From NCBI GenBank assembly GCA_963844715.1, contig CAWJPJ010000007.1:256001-320000 (forward strand): 64,000 bases of DNA, given 5' to 3'. The notes below the pieces were generated by a model that saw nothing but the letters and a program-made list of their open reading frames with translations, was not told the DNA's origin and searched no databases. The stretch comes from an uncultured Phycisphaerales bacterium (GTDB lineage: Bacteria > Planctomycetota > Phycisphaerae > Tepidisphaerales > Tepidisphaeraceae). Position numbers and translations under genes: made by a program. Positions 63,787 through 64,000 of the stretch are shown in pieces; within the stretch, counting starts at the first letter, position 1; every line of letters begins with the position of its first letter.

Positions 63787-64000
63787 ATGTCATCAGCGCC
63801 ACACGCACAGCCGGAGGGGGTTCACGAGTTGGCCGCTGGCCCGCAGATTCAAGTCGAGGAACGGAAGCTCACGCTCAACAATTTCCTGAAGACATGCGTC
63901 AAGCTCAGCGGCTCGGATATCCATCTGCAAAGCGGAAGCGTCCCCATGATCCGCGTGGACGGGCGGGCGCGGTTTCTGGAATGCCCGCCGCTCAGCGATG
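63787..64000 (+). CDS. PilT/PilU-family type IV pilus ATPase, 3'-truncated by window edge
   Basis: GGAGG upstream; FLKTCVKLSGSDIHLQSGSVPMIRVDG matches the N-terminal (A/G)SDIH...P..R.DG motif. Confidence 0.75.
   Translation, partial: MSSAPHAQPEGVHELAAGPQIQVEERKLTLNNFLKTCVKLSGSDIHLQSGSVPMIRVDGRARFLECPPLSD

Overview
GC-rich bacterial chromosome segment, most likely from a Planctomycetota (Phycisphaerae/Tepidisphaerales-like) genome. The lineage is inferred from typical families: a membrane protein with a CxxCGYDLRATPERCPECG tail, a secreted prenyltransferase-repeat protein, a DUF3299-like pair and ATQP/TTQP linker motifs. Content is mostly housekeeping: hemD, panE, trpS, rsmE, ribBA, nadE, lnt, HU, rpsR, sthA, ilvN, ymdB, lipA, mltA, FNR, parB, nuoD/E/F, moeA, purQ, pilT and tRNA-Asn. 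There are also three tandem TPR-GT41 (OGT/SPINDLY-like) genes and three toxin-antitoxin pairs. The best non-coding find is a c-di-AMP (ydaO-type) riboswitch with an unusually large (~120 nt) structured insertion, upstream of a KimA-like K+ transporter. Other findings are a parS site next to a solo parB, many -10 boxes directly abutting ATGs (leaderless-like), and two small ORFs missed by the ORF track. About 29 frameshifts, many in essential genes, nearly all fall at GCGC, which suggests motif-specific (possibly methylation-driven) sequencing indels rather than true pseudogenes. No CRISPR array, integrase, transposase or rRNA was seen. All calls come from reading motifs by eye; no database searches were run.
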